Shown piece by piece: positions 10,419 to 21,328 of a stretch of 64,000 nt of DNA (its first letter is position 1; each line of letters opens with the position of its first letter). Source of the DNA: Synergistales bacterium (GTDB lineage: Bacteria; Synergistota; Synergistia; Synergistales; JAFGMB01). The DNA is taken from NCBI GenBank assembly GCA_963666205.1, contig OY762654.1:1056001-1120000 (forward strand). Reading direction: 5' to 3'. Position numbers and translations under genes: made by a program. The notes under the pieces are model-generated. The model saw only the letters and a program-made list of their open reading frames with translations. It searched no databases and was not told the origin of the DNA.

Positions 10419-11339
10419 TTGCTCATGCCCAGAACCTTCATAAAATCACCAAAGAATCATAAAAGTCTAATCGCTATGCTTTTCAGCTATATAAAACCTT
10501 CTATTTGGCATATTTGCGAAATGCTACCAGATAGACTTTTTATTTCGCTTATATTTAGGAAGTCAATGGGTTATTTTCCGAACTTAAATCAACCCAAAAC
10601 ATATAACGAAAAGATTCAATGGTTAAAGTTAAATGACCGGAAACCTGAATATCATGAGATGGTTGATAAATACGAGGTTAGGAAGTTTGTTTCAGAAAGA
10701 ATAGGAAGCAAATATTTAATTGACTTGTATGGGTTATATAACTCTTCTGAAGAAATAGATTTTTGCCAGTTACCCAACCAATTCGTTATGAAATCGACAC
10801 ATGGCTCTCATTCAGTCTACATTTGCAAGAATAAAACTGAAGAGGATTACAACAAGATAAGAAATTTGAGCAAAGATTGGTTTAATCAAGACATTTATAC
10901 AAGATATAGAGAATGGGCCTACAAAGGTCTTAAAAAAAGAATAATTGCGGAAAAGTTATTAGTCGATTCAGAAGGGAAAACCCCAGATGATTATAAAATA
11001 ATGTGTTTTAATGGAAAACCAATGGTAATACAACATCATCAGAATCGTTTTGGGAACTATACCTTGGATTATTATGATTGTAATTGGAAACGATTAAGTG
11101 TTTATAGACCATATGCCCCAAATTCTTCGAACCCCAAACCTAAACCAATCAATCTAGAGAATATGGTGAACATAGCTAAATCTCTATCCAAAGGAATCAA
11201 GTTCGTTAGGGTAGATCTTTACAATTTAGGAGGAATAATTAAGTTTGGGGAAATGACTTTTTATCCAACAAGCGGTCTGACCCCATTAGAACCACCAGAA
11301 TGGGATATCTTATGGGGACAGTTAATTGATATTAGTTAA
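10419..11339 (+). CDS. TupA-like ATP-grasp amidoligase
   Basis: PKTYNEKIQWLKL, VDKYEVR, KSTHGS, DYKIMCFNG, FVRVDLY, FGEMTFYP. Confidence 0.85.
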   Translation: MLMPRTFIKSPKNHKSLIAMLFSYIKPSIWHICEMLPDRLFISLIFRKSMGYFPNLNQPKTYNEKIQWLKLNDRKPEYHEMVDKYEVRKFVSERIGSKYLIDLYGLYNSSEEIDFCQLPNQFVMKSTHGSHSVYICKNKTEEDYNKIRNLSKDWFNQDIYTRYREWAYKGLKKRIIAEKLLVDSEGKTPDDYKIMCFNGKPMVIQHHQNRFGNYTLDYYDCNWKRLSVYRPYAPNSSNPKPKPINLENMVNIAKSLSKGIKFVRVDLYNLGGIIKFGEMTFYPTSGLTPLEPPEWDILWGQLIDIS

Positions 11340-11371
11340 TGGTCCCTTCTCAAAATTCAGAAGGGACCATT
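11338..11371 (+). terminator. Hairpin after first ATP-grasp gene
   Basis: AATGGTCCCTTCT-N8-AGAAGGGACCATT perfect stem. Confidence 0.55.
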
Positions 11372-11470
11372 GTTGATGCCATACTTCTTGTATATGGAAG
11401 CGGGAGAGTTGCTTTATGCTTCAGCAATAATAGCCACCTTTTGATCTTGATTATAGTTTCGTAACTGTAG
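11372..11470 (-). pseudogene. Possible IS3-family OrfA (HTH) fragment
   Basis: Translates as RNYNQDQKVAIIAEA*SNSPASIYKKYGIN, resembling a transposase OrfA N-terminus with a stop. Confidence 0.35.
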
Positions 11471-11663
11471 CCTTGTTGGCCTTATTATAATTTTTCGAAT
11501 GATTTAGTACAACTCTTCTGGTGATCAGGAAGTATCAGTAATTATCAACTTCGAAATACATTTTTTCTTGAAAGCATAAGGATTCACAAAGATTTGACAT
11601 TCGAGAATTAGCTAATCAGCACTTCCTCATGTATAGGAAGCTTACCGAGAGGAGTAAGACGAA

Positions 11664-12995
11664 ATGGTAATATCCCTTTTCCAGAATTGTATAGTTTTAT
11701 TATGGTTTTCAATTGGTATATACCAGGTATACACAGGAAACAAGAACTTTTTACTTATTGGAATGCTAATAAGTTTAATTATCCCTAGATTTGTGTTAAA
11801 CGCAAATATAAAGATACCACCGCATTATTTCGTTTTTTTGCTCCTGGCAATCTGGACATTTTTCAATTTCATAATAAAAAAACAAAAAACCTCATTAGAG
11901 ATAGGATTTTTCATATTACCAATAACATATTTTTTCTTATTATGCCTTGTTTTTACAGGTTCATTAAATGGAATTTTATCAGTGGAACAAAGAGAATTTT
12001 TTGGAGCATCTCTATTTGGCCTGTTCATCTTTGTAGTAGAATTATTGTTATTTTCCTTATTTATATCCGAGTTTAGGCATCAGTATTATTGTCTGGTTAA
12101 ATCAATAGATATTATTTTTTTTACTTTGGTACTAGCCAATTTAGGCACTGCTATTTTTCAACTGTTTTTTGGCCAAATTAATATTTTCCAAAACCTTTAC
12201 AGCAGTCAGACTAATAATGTATTAGGTATAATGAGTAGAATGGGTGGTTTCCACAGAGCTACAGGCCTATTTCCAAGTCCCGTTAACCTAGGCGTTTTTA
12301 CGCTGCTAAGTTTTGCATATTTTATATATAGAAAGCAGTTTTATATCTCCTTATTATCTTGCTCTTTAGGTATATTGGCAGCTAGCAAAACCGCCATCAT
12401 TGGAATTCCTTGTCTCTCAATCCTTGTCTTGGTATTTATTTCCATAAAAAAAGTAACTACATTCACCACAAAAAAAAGCTCGATTAGATTTGCTATCTTT
12501 CTCAGTTTTACTTGCCCCATTTTATTAGTCTTAATTTATTTTTTGGGCCAAAGCAAGGGTGTGTATATAAATTATTACTTGAAATATTTAATAAAACCTT
12601 TCGATGCACTACATAGTCGATACACTGGTGACATCACTTTTCTAAAAATAACATATGAATCAATTAAACAACATTGGCTAATAGGATCAGGCTTTACATT
12701 TCTCCCGAGAGAAAATCTTGGTGACTCCATGTATATTTTTTGGTTGAAAACAACTGGTATTCTTGGTATGTGCATATTATTTACAGGCATTCTCACTCTG
12801 TTACACCATTTTCTCAACGGGGAAACCGGGATATTGATTTTTATTCTAGCTTTCCTGTTTAGTGGACTTGCACTTACTAATACAGATTTTTTTAGTAATT
12901 CAATTATGTCAGCCCTACTCGTAACAAGCAGTTCTAATAAACATAAAAACCTGCTTACAAACATTCATGTTGTTACGACATCTGATCAAAATTAG
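11664..12995 (+). CDS. Putative Wzy polysaccharide polymerase
   Basis: Many TM segments, RATGLFPSPVNLG motif, AT-rich, inside a wzx-containing cluster. Confidence 0.65.
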   Translation: MVISLFQNCIVLLWFSIGIYQVYTGNKNFLLIGMLISLIIPRFVLNANIKIPPHYFVFLLLAIWTFFNFIIKKQKTSLEIGFFILPITYFFLLCLVFTGSLNGILSVEQREFFGASLFGLFIFVVELLLFSLFISEFRHQYYCLVKSIDIIFFTLVLANLGTAIFQLFFGQINIFQNLYSSQTNNVLGIMSRMGGFHRATGLFPSPVNLGVFTLLSFAYFIYRKQFYISLLSCSLGILAASKTAIIGIPCLSILVLVFISIKKVTTFTTKKSSIRFAIFLSFTCPILLVLIYFLGQSKGVYINYYLKYLIKPFDALHSRYTGDITFLKITYESIKQHWLIGSGFTFLPRENLGDSMYIFWLKTTGILGMCILFTGILTLLHHFLNGETGILIFILAFLFSGLALTNTDFFSNSIMSALLVTSSSNKHKNLLTNIHVVTTSDQN

Positions 12996-13109
12996 ACATG
13001 CTTTAAACAATACCAAATATATTTAATTATTTATTAATATTTTTTCATAGATTTATCTGAACACAATATCTTATTGAACAAGTGACAAACAGGGGATATC
13101 TATTTCTAA

Positions 13110-14118
13110 TGACCTGCTCCCAGAAAAGTGGTCCAGTTGAAATGCGAGAAAGTTGCTAAAATTGGGCCCCTCGAGAAGGAATATTCATGAAGAAGAGATT
13201 TTGGAGAGGAATAGATCGTCTCCATATTGAAAGAACACAAAACAGGAATACCCGGTAAAGAGCTGGCAAGATACGGATTCAGTGAAAGACGGACGTGCGG
13301 GCTACTGAAAATACACTGAACGACATTGAGATACAACAGCAGGAAAGACAGGCAGGATGGACAGGAAAGGACAAGGTTTAAAGAACTCCCCTAGTATGGA
13401 AACGCGATCACTACATAAGGCTTCATACCCTGATTTACAGGTAAGGTTATGAGATAAACCATAAGAAGGGTGACCGGCTGTACTGTGAGGAAGATCTCAG
13501 GTTCAGGAAGAGAAGGAAGAAACGGTTGGCAAGACCACGATTATCAGAACCACTCGTTCTGGATAGAGCCAACCAGAGATGGTCGTTGGATTTTGTTTCC
13601 CATAACACAGCCATAGGGAGCAGGATCAGGATATTGACAGTAATAGATACATTTACGAGAAAATATCTTGCACTGGAAATGGAAACATACATAAGGAGAA
13701 GCCGTGTTTCCACGGTATTGGACCGGATAAGTATGAAGAGAGGTTATCCTGAAGAGATCCTTACCGACAAGGGACCAGAATTCACAAGTAAAGTAATGGA
13801 TGCCTGGGCTTATATCAGAGGAATAACCCACAGGTTTATAGAACCTGAGAAACCGTCACAGAACGGATATAGAGAGTTTCAACGGTAAGTTACGTTATGA
13901 ATGTCTAAACGAACAATGGTTTTTTAACCTTAAAGATACCATGAATATCATTGGCGAATGGAAGAAGACCTATAACGCGGAAAGACGTGACAACTTATTT
14001 GATAATATGACACCGTCGGAATTTGCTAAGAAAATAACGGTAAAAGAAGAAGCCCTCTGTGCTTAAAGATGTCAGGAAACTCGCATAGAAACTGGACCTA
14101 ATGCAGGAGGACAGGTCA
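13110..14118 (+). mobile_element. Degraded IS3-family element (IS407-like)
   Basis: TG...CA ends with imperfect IRs (TGACCTGCTCCCAGAAAAGTGGTCCAGTT vs reverse complement TGACCTGTCCTCCTGCATTAGGTCCAGTT); orfA start MKKRF at 13187; integrase-core remnant. Confidence 0.85.
13187..14066 (+). pseudogene. IS3 transposase orfA/orfB pseudogene
   Basis: WSLDFV, LTVIDTFTR, TDKGPEF, FIEPEKPSQNG motifs, with multiple frameshifts and stops. Confidence 0.85.
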
Positions 14119-14347
14119 GGTCATCAAGAGGAGAATCTAAAATGAGAAGATTCTCTATTATTAGTCGATTTTTTATTCCTTCTGAATTCGCTCTGAAATA
14201 TGAAGGGGGAAAAGAAGTCACTGTTACATAGCAAGAATAAGAAACTTGTATCTATACTTACTTAAACATAAAAAGCAGATAATAGTGGCATGTCTCTTGC
14301 ATTATCTAATATCTAAGAAATAATATTTATCCTACAAATCGAAAGAG

Positions 14348-15613
14348 TTGACAAATTTAATGAAAAAGCTATCAAGTTTTTTGAAGATACGAAAAACTTT
14401 TATTTTATATGCATTACTTAAACTATTAATAATGGTTCTAGGCTTAATTACAAATATCTTCATTGTTAGGAAATTAAGCGTTAATGATTATGGAGTATTT
14501 TCAGTTGCACTTATGTTAATTGGCTTAATAACAACATTTGGATTTAGCTGGAGTTCGTCCTCGATACTGTATTATGGGAGCAAAGAAAAAACTAGGTATG
14601 GAAATATAAATAAGACATTTTGGACTAGGAACATAATTATATTTTTCAGCTTAATCATAATTACTACTATATTTATCTTATATTGGGAACAAATTAATAA
14701 TTACATAGGAATGAGAGTTTCTTTTGTAATACTAATTTGGCTATATGTAAGTGTCACAGAAGATTACTTAAGTCAATATTTTCTAGCTGTTAAAAGACAA
14801 TTATTGTCCAGCATGCTTTCGGTTACAGCAAAGATTATTTATATTGTTTTGATAATATTTATCCCATTTGATTTAGTTACACTTATCAAACTTAACATTA
14901 TCAGTCATGCTACAGTATTATTGTATATTTTTGGAATAAACAGAAAAGATGTAGGACGTTTTGATTTCGATAAAGAGTGGTTTAAAGAAGTGCTAAACTT
15001 TTCTTTGTGGCAATTATTTGGTTTTTCTGGGCTTTACCTGATAAATTTTGGTGATACGGCAGTTATAAAGTATTTTATGACAACTGAAGACGTAGGTATA
15101 TATAACGCTGCATATAAATTATTCATCGCAGTTGCTGGATTTGCATTTGTTATTTCTAGTTATTATGCATCCAACGTGTCAGAGTACTTTGTTAAAAATG
15201 AGCATGAAAAAATAAAGAACTTTTATTATCGAGAAAGGTTTTATATTTTTGCCCTAAGTACAATATTACATATTTTAGTCATGATTTTTGCTAAGCCTAT
15301 TATTTCAACTTTATACGGTGAAAGATATATTCAATCTGTGCCAATATTTAACATACTTATGGTCGGTAGTATGGCAAGATACTTCTCAGTGTTTTACATG
15401 TTATATTTCAACACAAATGGGAAATATAGAATCCAACAAGGCATTAATATTCTAAGAGCACTATTGAATCTGGTTTTAGATGTCATATTTATTAATATAT
15501 TTGGACTTATTGGACCAGCTTTAGCTACTACAATAGCAATCATAATCTCATTTATTTTTTCAATGGCTTACTGCGAAAAACAAATAATTACAAGCTCTCA
15601 GGGAGGGGAATAG
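14348..15613 (+). CDS. wzx: Wzx-type oligosaccharide flippase
   Basis: About 12 TM, RKLSVNDYGVFS, VGIYNAAYKL, FGLIGPALAT motifs. Confidence 0.85.
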   Translation: MTNLMKKLSSFLKIRKTFILYALLKLLIMVLGLITNIFIVRKLSVNDYGVFSVALMLIGLITTFGFSWSSSSILYYGSKEKTRYGNINKTFWTRNIIIFFSLIIITTIFILYWEQINNYIGMRVSFVILIWLYVSVTEDYLSQYFLAVKRQLLSSMLSVTAKIIYIVLIIFIPFDLVTLIKLNIISHATVLLYIFGINRKDVGRFDFDKEWFKEVLNFSLWQLFGFSGLYLINFGDTAVIKYFMTTEDVGIYNAAYKLFIAVAGFAFVISSYYASNVSEYFVKNEHEKIKNFYYRERFYIFALSTILHILVMIFAKPIISTLYGERYIQSVPIFNILMVGSMARYFSVFYMLYFNTNGKYRIQQGINILRALLNLVLDVIFINIFGLIGPALATTIAIIISFIFSMAYCEKQIITSSQGGE

Positions 15614-16542
15614 TGAACACATCTTTAAGAGAATTGTTAAAGAATAGTGATTTGATAGTCAACCTATATGATTTCATACAAGAATTGTATTATAAACATT
15701 TCATCTCAGATGTTGGCTTAATTAAAAAAAGATTTAAAGAATCAGTCGGCAGGGAAGTAGAGCTTAACAATCCCATTAGATTTACAGACAAACAACAGTG
15801 GTTAAAGTTGAATTGGTATGATCCTTTAGCAGTAAAGTGCGCGGATAAGTATGCAGTAAGAGAATTTATAAAAGAAAGGATAGGGCAAAAATATTTAAAT
15901 GACCTGTACGGAATTTATGAATCAGTCAATGACATTGATATAGATAAATTACCTAATGCATTTGTTCTAAAGGGAACTCATGGTTCAGGTTTCAACATTA
16001 TCTGTAAAGATAAAACCCAAATGAATTGGCATGAAGAATTCAAAAAGATAAAAAGATGGCTTAAGAAAAATTATTATTGGCAAAACCGTGAATGGGTGTA
16101 CAAGAACATTAAACCTCGAATCGTCTGTGAGAAATATTTAACGGAGGAGAATTACTACAATAGCCTAACTGATTACAAAATATATTGTTTTAATGGAATA
16201 CCAAAATATTGTCAAGTAATTAGAGGACGAGGAGTTAATGAAACAATAGATTTTTATGATACTGAATGGGGTCATATGCCTTTTACAGGGTTAAGACCAT
16301 TGACTATGTCAGATAAAAACTACACAAAACCTAAAAAATATGAAAAGATGCTCGATCTAGCAAAAAGATTATCCGAAAACTTTCCATTTGTACGAGTAGA
16401 TTTTTATTATATTAAAGATAAGATTTATTTTGGAGAATTAACATTCTTCCCACTTAGTGGAATAGGGAGATTTGAACCACCAGAGTGGGATTTAATCGTT
16501 GGAAATCTGTTACAACTCCAAAAGCTCGATAAGTCGGGCTAG
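15613..16542 (+). CDS. Second TupA-like ATP-grasp amidoligase
   Basis: QWLKL, ADKYAVR, KGTHGSG, DYKIYCFNG, FVRVDFY, FGELTFFP. Confidence 0.85.
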   Translation: MNTSLRELLKNSDLIVNLYDFIQELYYKHFISDVGLIKKRFKESVGREVELNNPIRFTDKQQWLKLNWYDPLAVKCADKYAVREFIKERIGQKYLNDLYGIYESVNDIDIDKLPNAFVLKGTHGSGFNIICKDKTQMNWHEEFKKIKRWLKKNYYWQNREWVYKNIKPRIVCEKYLTEENYYNSLTDYKIYCFNGIPKYCQVIRGRGVNETIDFYDTEWGHMPFTGLRPLTMSDKNYTKPKKYEKMLDLAKRLSENFPFVRVDFYYIKDKIYFGELTFFPLSGIGRFEPPEWDLIVGNLLQLQKLDKSG

Positions 16543-16669
16543 TGTTTAAGATGTTAGCACAAATGGGTTCAGGCCTTGCATGAACAGTTTGACACAAGAA
16601 TTGGGGTCTACTATTGAAATCGTAGATAATTGTAGCCCCAGGTGATACCCCGGAAAAGGACTTAACTAC

Positions 16670-17533
16670 ATGAGAGATTATTTGCAGTTGATGAGAATCC
16701 AACAGTGGATGAAGAACCTTTTTATTTTCACTCCAGTAATATTTGCATTTCAGCTTTTTGATCTGCCTTCCCTTTTTTCAGCACTAGTAGCCTTTATTTC
16801 CTTTTCTCTTACCGCGAGCAGCCTGTATATTTATAACGACATTCATGATATACAGATGGACAAGCTTCATCCCCGAAAAAGATCCCGTCCCATTGCCTCA
16901 GGGAAAATAGATATTAAGCAGGCGCACAGGATCTCTGTAGTCCTTGCCGTTAGCGGCCTTGCTCTCGCAACTTTCCTTGGTGCAGGCTGCATGGCCGTTA
17001 TTCTTGTTTATCTCGTGATAAATATTGCCTATACTTTGAAGCTGAAACATATAGCCCTTATTGACATTTTCTGCATAGCCACAGGGTTTGTGCTGAGAAT
17101 ATTAATGGGAGGTTATGCAACTTCCATAGCCCTGTCTCAATGGATAATAGTGATCACCTTTCTCCTTGCTGTTTTCCTTGCCCTTTCGAAGCGAAGAGAT
17201 GACATGCTCATCTTCATCAATGGGGGAAAGGTGCGAAAATCCATTGAGGGTTACAACATCAAAATGATAGACTATGCCATGGCAATTTCAGCTGCAATGG
17301 TTCTGGCTGCTTACCTGATGTATTGCATCTCGCCAGAAGTTACATCCAGAATAGGCAGCTCATACGTATATATTACTTTCCCCTTTGTTCTCCTGGGACT
17401 GATGAGGTATCTTCAGATCACTTTTGTACTTGAAGATTCCGGTTGTCCTACGGAGATACTTCTGAAGGACAGATTTATACAGTCTACCCTGGTCGGCTGG
17501 CTTATGACTTTTCTTTTACTCATATATAAATAG
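16670..17533 (+). CDS. UbiA-family polyprenyl-phosphate phosphoribosyltransferase (DPPR synthase-like)
   Basis: R..QW.KN, NDIHDIQMDKLHPRKRSRPIASG, KLKHIALIDIF, GFVLR, SKRR motifs. Confidence 0.85.
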   Translation: MRDYLQLMRIQQWMKNLFIFTPVIFAFQLFDLPSLFSALVAFISFSLTASSLYIYNDIHDIQMDKLHPRKRSRPIASGKIDIKQAHRISVVLAVSGLALATFLGAGCMAVILVYLVINIAYTLKLKHIALIDIFCIATGFVLRILMGGYATSIALSQWIIVITFLLAVFLALSKRRDDMLIFINGGKVRKSIEGYNIKMIDYAMAISAAMVLAAYLMYCISPEVTSRIGSSYVYITFPFVLLGLMRYLQITFVLEDSGCPTEILLKDRFIQSTLVGWLMTFLLLIYK

Positions 17534-17554
17534 GTTTTACCTGGAGGATCCTTA

Positions 17555-17929
17555 ATGATAGACAGATTTGCATTTACCATTCTCTGCGGAGCCATCTTTT
17601 TTAATGCAGCTGCAAACATTCTGATAAAGTTGGGGATGCTCAACAAGGCAGACCTCTTTGATGATGGTTCGATCAGCGCTTTTGCAAGGATCCTGACAAA
17701 CCCCTTTGCCTTAATGGGCATTACGAGTTTTGGTATAGCCTTTGTGCTTTACAGCGGGGTTTTGTCGAAACTGGACCTTTCCATAGCTTACCCGATCATG
17801 ACAGGTGTGGGATTTCTCCTGGTTCTCCTGGCTTCTATTCTGTTCTTCAGAGAACAGGTTAATATTTACAGGCTCGCAGGCAGTATGGCAATTATCCTCG
17901 GGATCTGCCTGATATACATTAAGGGATAG
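17555..17929 (+). CDS. SMR/EamA-type small transporter (ArnE/ArnF-like flippase subunit)
   Basis: 124 aa, 4 [13 protein letters not shown] motif. Confidence 0.7.
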   Translation: MIDRFAFTILCGAIFFNAAANILIKLGMLNKADLFDDGSISAFARILTNPFALMGITSFGIAFVLYSGVLSKLDLSIAYPIMTGVGFLLVLLASILFFREQVNIYRLAGSMAIILGICLIYIKG

Positions 17930-17966
17930 GTCTTACTCTATATTTCGAAGAAGGTGTTCCTGCGAA

Positions 17967-19013
17967 ATGGCAGATAAAAGGGTACTTGTTACCGGCGGCT
18001 CAGGTTTTTTGGGCATAAATCTTATTCGGCACCTTTTTGAACAGGGATACGACATTTCAGTAATTGACTTTGCCCCCTTCACTTATGAAGACTGTAAAGG
18101 CCGGATCAGGATGATAGATGGTGACATCCGGGACATTGAAAAGGTCATGGAAGCTATGGCAGATGTGGATATGGTTGTTCACTGCGCGGCAGCCCTGCCC
18201 CTCTACAGCGAGGAAGACATATTATCCACCGACGTGCAGGGAACCAGAAATCTTATTTCCACGGCTCACAGTTATGGGATTAAGAGGTTCGTTCATATTT
18301 CATCCACGGCTGTTTACGGAGTTCCAGACACCCACCCCATATACGAATATCACCCTGTGGTCGGCGTTGGCCCTTATGGAAAGGCAAAGATCCGGGCCGA
18401 AGAGATATGCCGGGAGTTTCGCAGAGAAGGAATGACCGTACCTGTTATCAGGCCTAAATCATTCGTCGGGCCCGAAAGGCTGGGCGTATTTGCCATGCTC
18501 TACGACTGGGCTTATACGGGTCATAACTTCCCTATCCTGGGCAAGGGAAATAACCTTTACCAGCTTATGGATGTTGCTGACCTTTGTAGAGCCATATATT
18601 TTTGCCTCACCCTTCCCGATGATCAGGTAAACGATGAATTCAACATTGGTGCCAGAGAATTCACCACCCTTAAAGAGGATTTTCAGGCTGTTCTGGATGA
18701 GGCAGGTCACAGCAGAAAAATGATATCCATTCCAGTTAGACCAGCTATAGCGATCTTGAAACTTCTGGAAAAGATGGGCATGTCTCCCCTTTATGGATGG
18801 ATCTATGACACCGTGTTCAGGGAATCCTTTGTATCCATAGAAAGGGCCGAACAAAAACTGGGCTTCAACCCCAAATACTCCAATAAGGAAGCTCTGGTCA
18901 GAAATTATCGCTGGTATGTTGACCATCTGGACGATTTTAAGGGAGAGGCCGGTGTTTCACACAGGGTTCCATGGAAACAGGGGGCATTGAAAATTGCTAA
19001 ACTTTTCTTTTAA
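17967..19013 (+). CDS. NAD-dependent epimerase/dehydratase (extended SDR)
   Basis: [20 protein letters not shown] motifs. Confidence 0.85.
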   Translation: MADKRVLVTGGSGFLGINLIRHLFEQGYDISVIDFAPFTYEDCKGRIRMIDGDIRDIEKVMEAMADVDMVVHCAAALPLYSEEDILSTDVQGTRNLISTAHSYGIKRFVHISSTAVYGVPDTHPIYEYHPVVGVGPYGKAKIRAEEICREFRREGMTVPVIRPKSFVGPERLGVFAMLYDWAYTGHNFPILGKGNNLYQLMDVADLCRAIYFCLTLPDDQVNDEFNIGAREFTTLKEDFQAVLDEAGHSRKMISIPVRPAIAILKLLEKMGMSPLYGWIYDTVFRESFVSIERAEQKLGFNPKYSNKEALVRNYRWYVDHLDDFKGEAGVSHRVPWKQGALKIAKLFF

Positions 19014-20253
19014 GTCTGAGAGCGACAAGAAGACGGCCATAAGGGATAAAAAGGGGATTCACAACTCGAGTGCGTCAGAAGAACTCGAGTCCATACCGAT
19101 CCAGGAAACGAAGAGAATCTCTTTCGAGAAGGTGGGTTCTTCCATTTCAGTAAGGATGGAAAAGTCAGTTTTTCTGATCCTTTCTCTGGCGGCTTCGGTC
19201 ATTGGCATGTATGTGGATAATCTGGATCTGGCAAATGGTATCACTCCTGTAGGAGATTGGAAATTTGCCCAGTTCGTTCTGTCTTTTCAGGAATGGGGTT
19301 TCTTGAAAAGAGGCGCTGTAGGGTCCCTGATGAAAGGTTTTCATGTACCGGCAACGAATTTATCCGTATTCGCTGTATCCTGCCTGATATTGCCTGGCTT
19401 TATATATTGCTGCATGTCCTATGTATTTTTAAAGAAAGAGCAGTTATCGAAAGATTTTTATTTCTTCTGTCTGCTGATACTGCTGAGCCCTGCTGTTTTC
19501 CTTCAGGCTGGCTATGATCTGGGACGTTATGACTATATCAATTACATTATTTTCTTTCTCTCCCTGCACTTTGCACGAAGAGGCAATATGATAATATGCG
19601 GTCTTCTCTCATCTCTGGCAATTCTTTTTATTCATGAGACTTACATATTTTTATGGTTACCGGTAATTATCTGCTACTTTATTGCTCATGATAAGAATTT
19701 ATGGTTTCGGGTTTTATGTTTTATTGTTATCCCTTCATTCATCGCCCTGATGGTGGTGATAGGATTCGGGGGATTGGACGACCAGGCAATAGTCGCAATT
19801 TATAACAAATATCCGGTTTTAGGAATGGGAAACACTCCTTCTTCTCCACTTTATGTCTGGAAATCGACCTTAATCCAAAACCTGAAGTTTACCCTTGATC
19901 ACTGGTGGAGTGCGAAACAGGTGATCAGATTCTTTATAGGAACAACTTATCCCATATTTGTGTTTGTTTATCTGCGAAAAATATACAAAGCGAATTCATT
20001 GGCGATTGACCTGTTCCTGTTATCTCCTTTTTTCTGTATTCCCTTATTTTTCGTAGGTATTGACTTTTATCGATGGATGGCAATACTTTCCTTCAACCTG
20101 ATCATTGTGGGTATTGAAAGATTAGATATGCATCAAAAAGCAACTGCCCGCCCTTTGAACATTCCACACTCTAAAAAACTCTACCTGGTTCTGATATTTT
20201 TCTTTCTGACCGGCCCTTTGGGAATTGACTGCCCATTCCCACTGCTGTTCTAA
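18994..20253 (+). CDS. Polytopic membrane protein, possible GT-C-type glycosyltransferase (start may be ATG 19156)
   Basis: About 10 TM segments with GFLKRG, GRYD, IHE and DFYRW motifs; last gene of the UbiA/SMR/SDR module. Confidence 0.5.
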   Translation: MLNFSFKSESDKKTAIRDKKGIHNSSASEELESIPIQETKRISFEKVGSSISVRMEKSVFLILSLAASVIGMYVDNLDLANGITPVGDWKFAQFVLSFQEWGFLKRGAVGSLMKGFHVPATNLSVFAVSCLILPGFIYCCMSYVFLKKEQLSKDFYFFCLLILLSPAVFLQAGYDLGRYDYINYIIFFLSLHFARRGNMIICGLLSSLAILFIHETYIFLWLPVIICYFIAHDKNLWFRVLCFIVIPSFIALMVVIGFGGLDDQAIVAIYNKYPVLGMGNTPSSPLYVWKSTLIQNLKFTLDHWWSAKQVIRFFIGTTYPIFVFVYLRKIYKANSLAIDLFLLSPFFCIPLFFVGIDFYRWMAILSFNLIIVGIERLDMHQKATARPLNIPHSKKLYLVLIFFFLTGPLGIDCPFPLLF

Positions 20254-20370
20254 ACAGCACCTTAATAAAATGGGGTCAGACCTTGATTTTAACCGTATGT
20301 ATTCAGTATTATGTAAATATTTTAGCCCTGCGAAAACCATGAAACCATAAAATCCAACCATCACCCTTTC

Positions 20371-21264
20371 TCACCACGGAGGTCACGGAGGAAGTTCGGA
20401 GGAAACACTGGAGCAAGACCAAAAGACATATTTTACCGCAGGGACTCTCCGAGTCCGCGCAGAGGCCGCAGAGAGGAGCACGCAGAGGGGATCGTTATCC
20501 TTTAACCCAGGACATCTGAGCAATCTGGAGCCATTGCTCATCTCGCAATAATAAATTTCCAGGCAAAATATAGATATTTCCCCTGTTCATTGTTTTATTG
20601 CCTTGAAAAATATACTTCATATTTTTCATTATTGTCCTAGGCTTTCAAATGCAAGGAGATGAAAAAAAATTTAGAAACAGGAGGCTTTGGCAATCTTTCC
20701 CGTGAATTTATCCATTACCTGGAAAATGATTTCATCATTTTCCTAATGTCCCGGGTTTTCAAGAAAACCTATTTACAAAGGAAAACTACAGGGACCATTA
20801 CACCCAAACCATAAATCCTGGGTGGTTAATGAACCCATGACATCTTCCAAGGGCATTTCGATGCGTTGAAGTCCGCCGCAAATCCGTCAAAGATCTTCCA
20901 AAAACTTAAAGCAGGATGGCCGGACATTCTGCCCTTTCATATAAAACCGTCAGGCCCGAGTAGTGGCGGACTTTCAGCGCGGGTCTAGAAGATCAAGAAA
21001 TAGGCCACTTTGTCGGCTGCGAAAAATAAGACTAGATTTTTCACGAATAAAACACCGGGAAAAGTTTAAGATGCGCTGAAGCACATCCTATGGATTGCTG
21101 TCGCGTAGGAAGGCACAAACCTTGAGGTAACTGTTCAGGAGTAACATCCTATTTTCGTCCGGACAGACTATCGGTGCGCTGAAGCACACCCTATGACCAA
21201 GGTTTTGGGGAATAAACATAAAAATATTATTGAGCGTTTTGGTGCGCTGAAGCGGCACCCTATG
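20371..21264. repeat. Intergenic repeat cluster 2
   Basis: CACGGAG tandem at 20373, GCAGAG tandem at 20435-20488, GGCGGACTT pair at 20863/20964, palindrome B at 21017-21046, three GRTGCGCTGAAGCRCAYCC hairpins at 21070, 21173, 21241. Confidence 0.9.
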
Positions 21265-21280
21265 GAGGGAGAACTACGAG

Positions 21281-21316
21281 AAAAAAAGAACCTGCTCCCA
21301 TCGGGGGGAGCAGGTT
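21281..21316 (-). terminator. Intrinsic terminator of the etf-oxidoreductase operon
   Basis: AACCTGCTCCC/GGGAGCAGGTT stem followed by a U-run on the minus strand. Confidence 0.75.
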
Positions 21317-21328
21317 AAAGTCTGGAGT

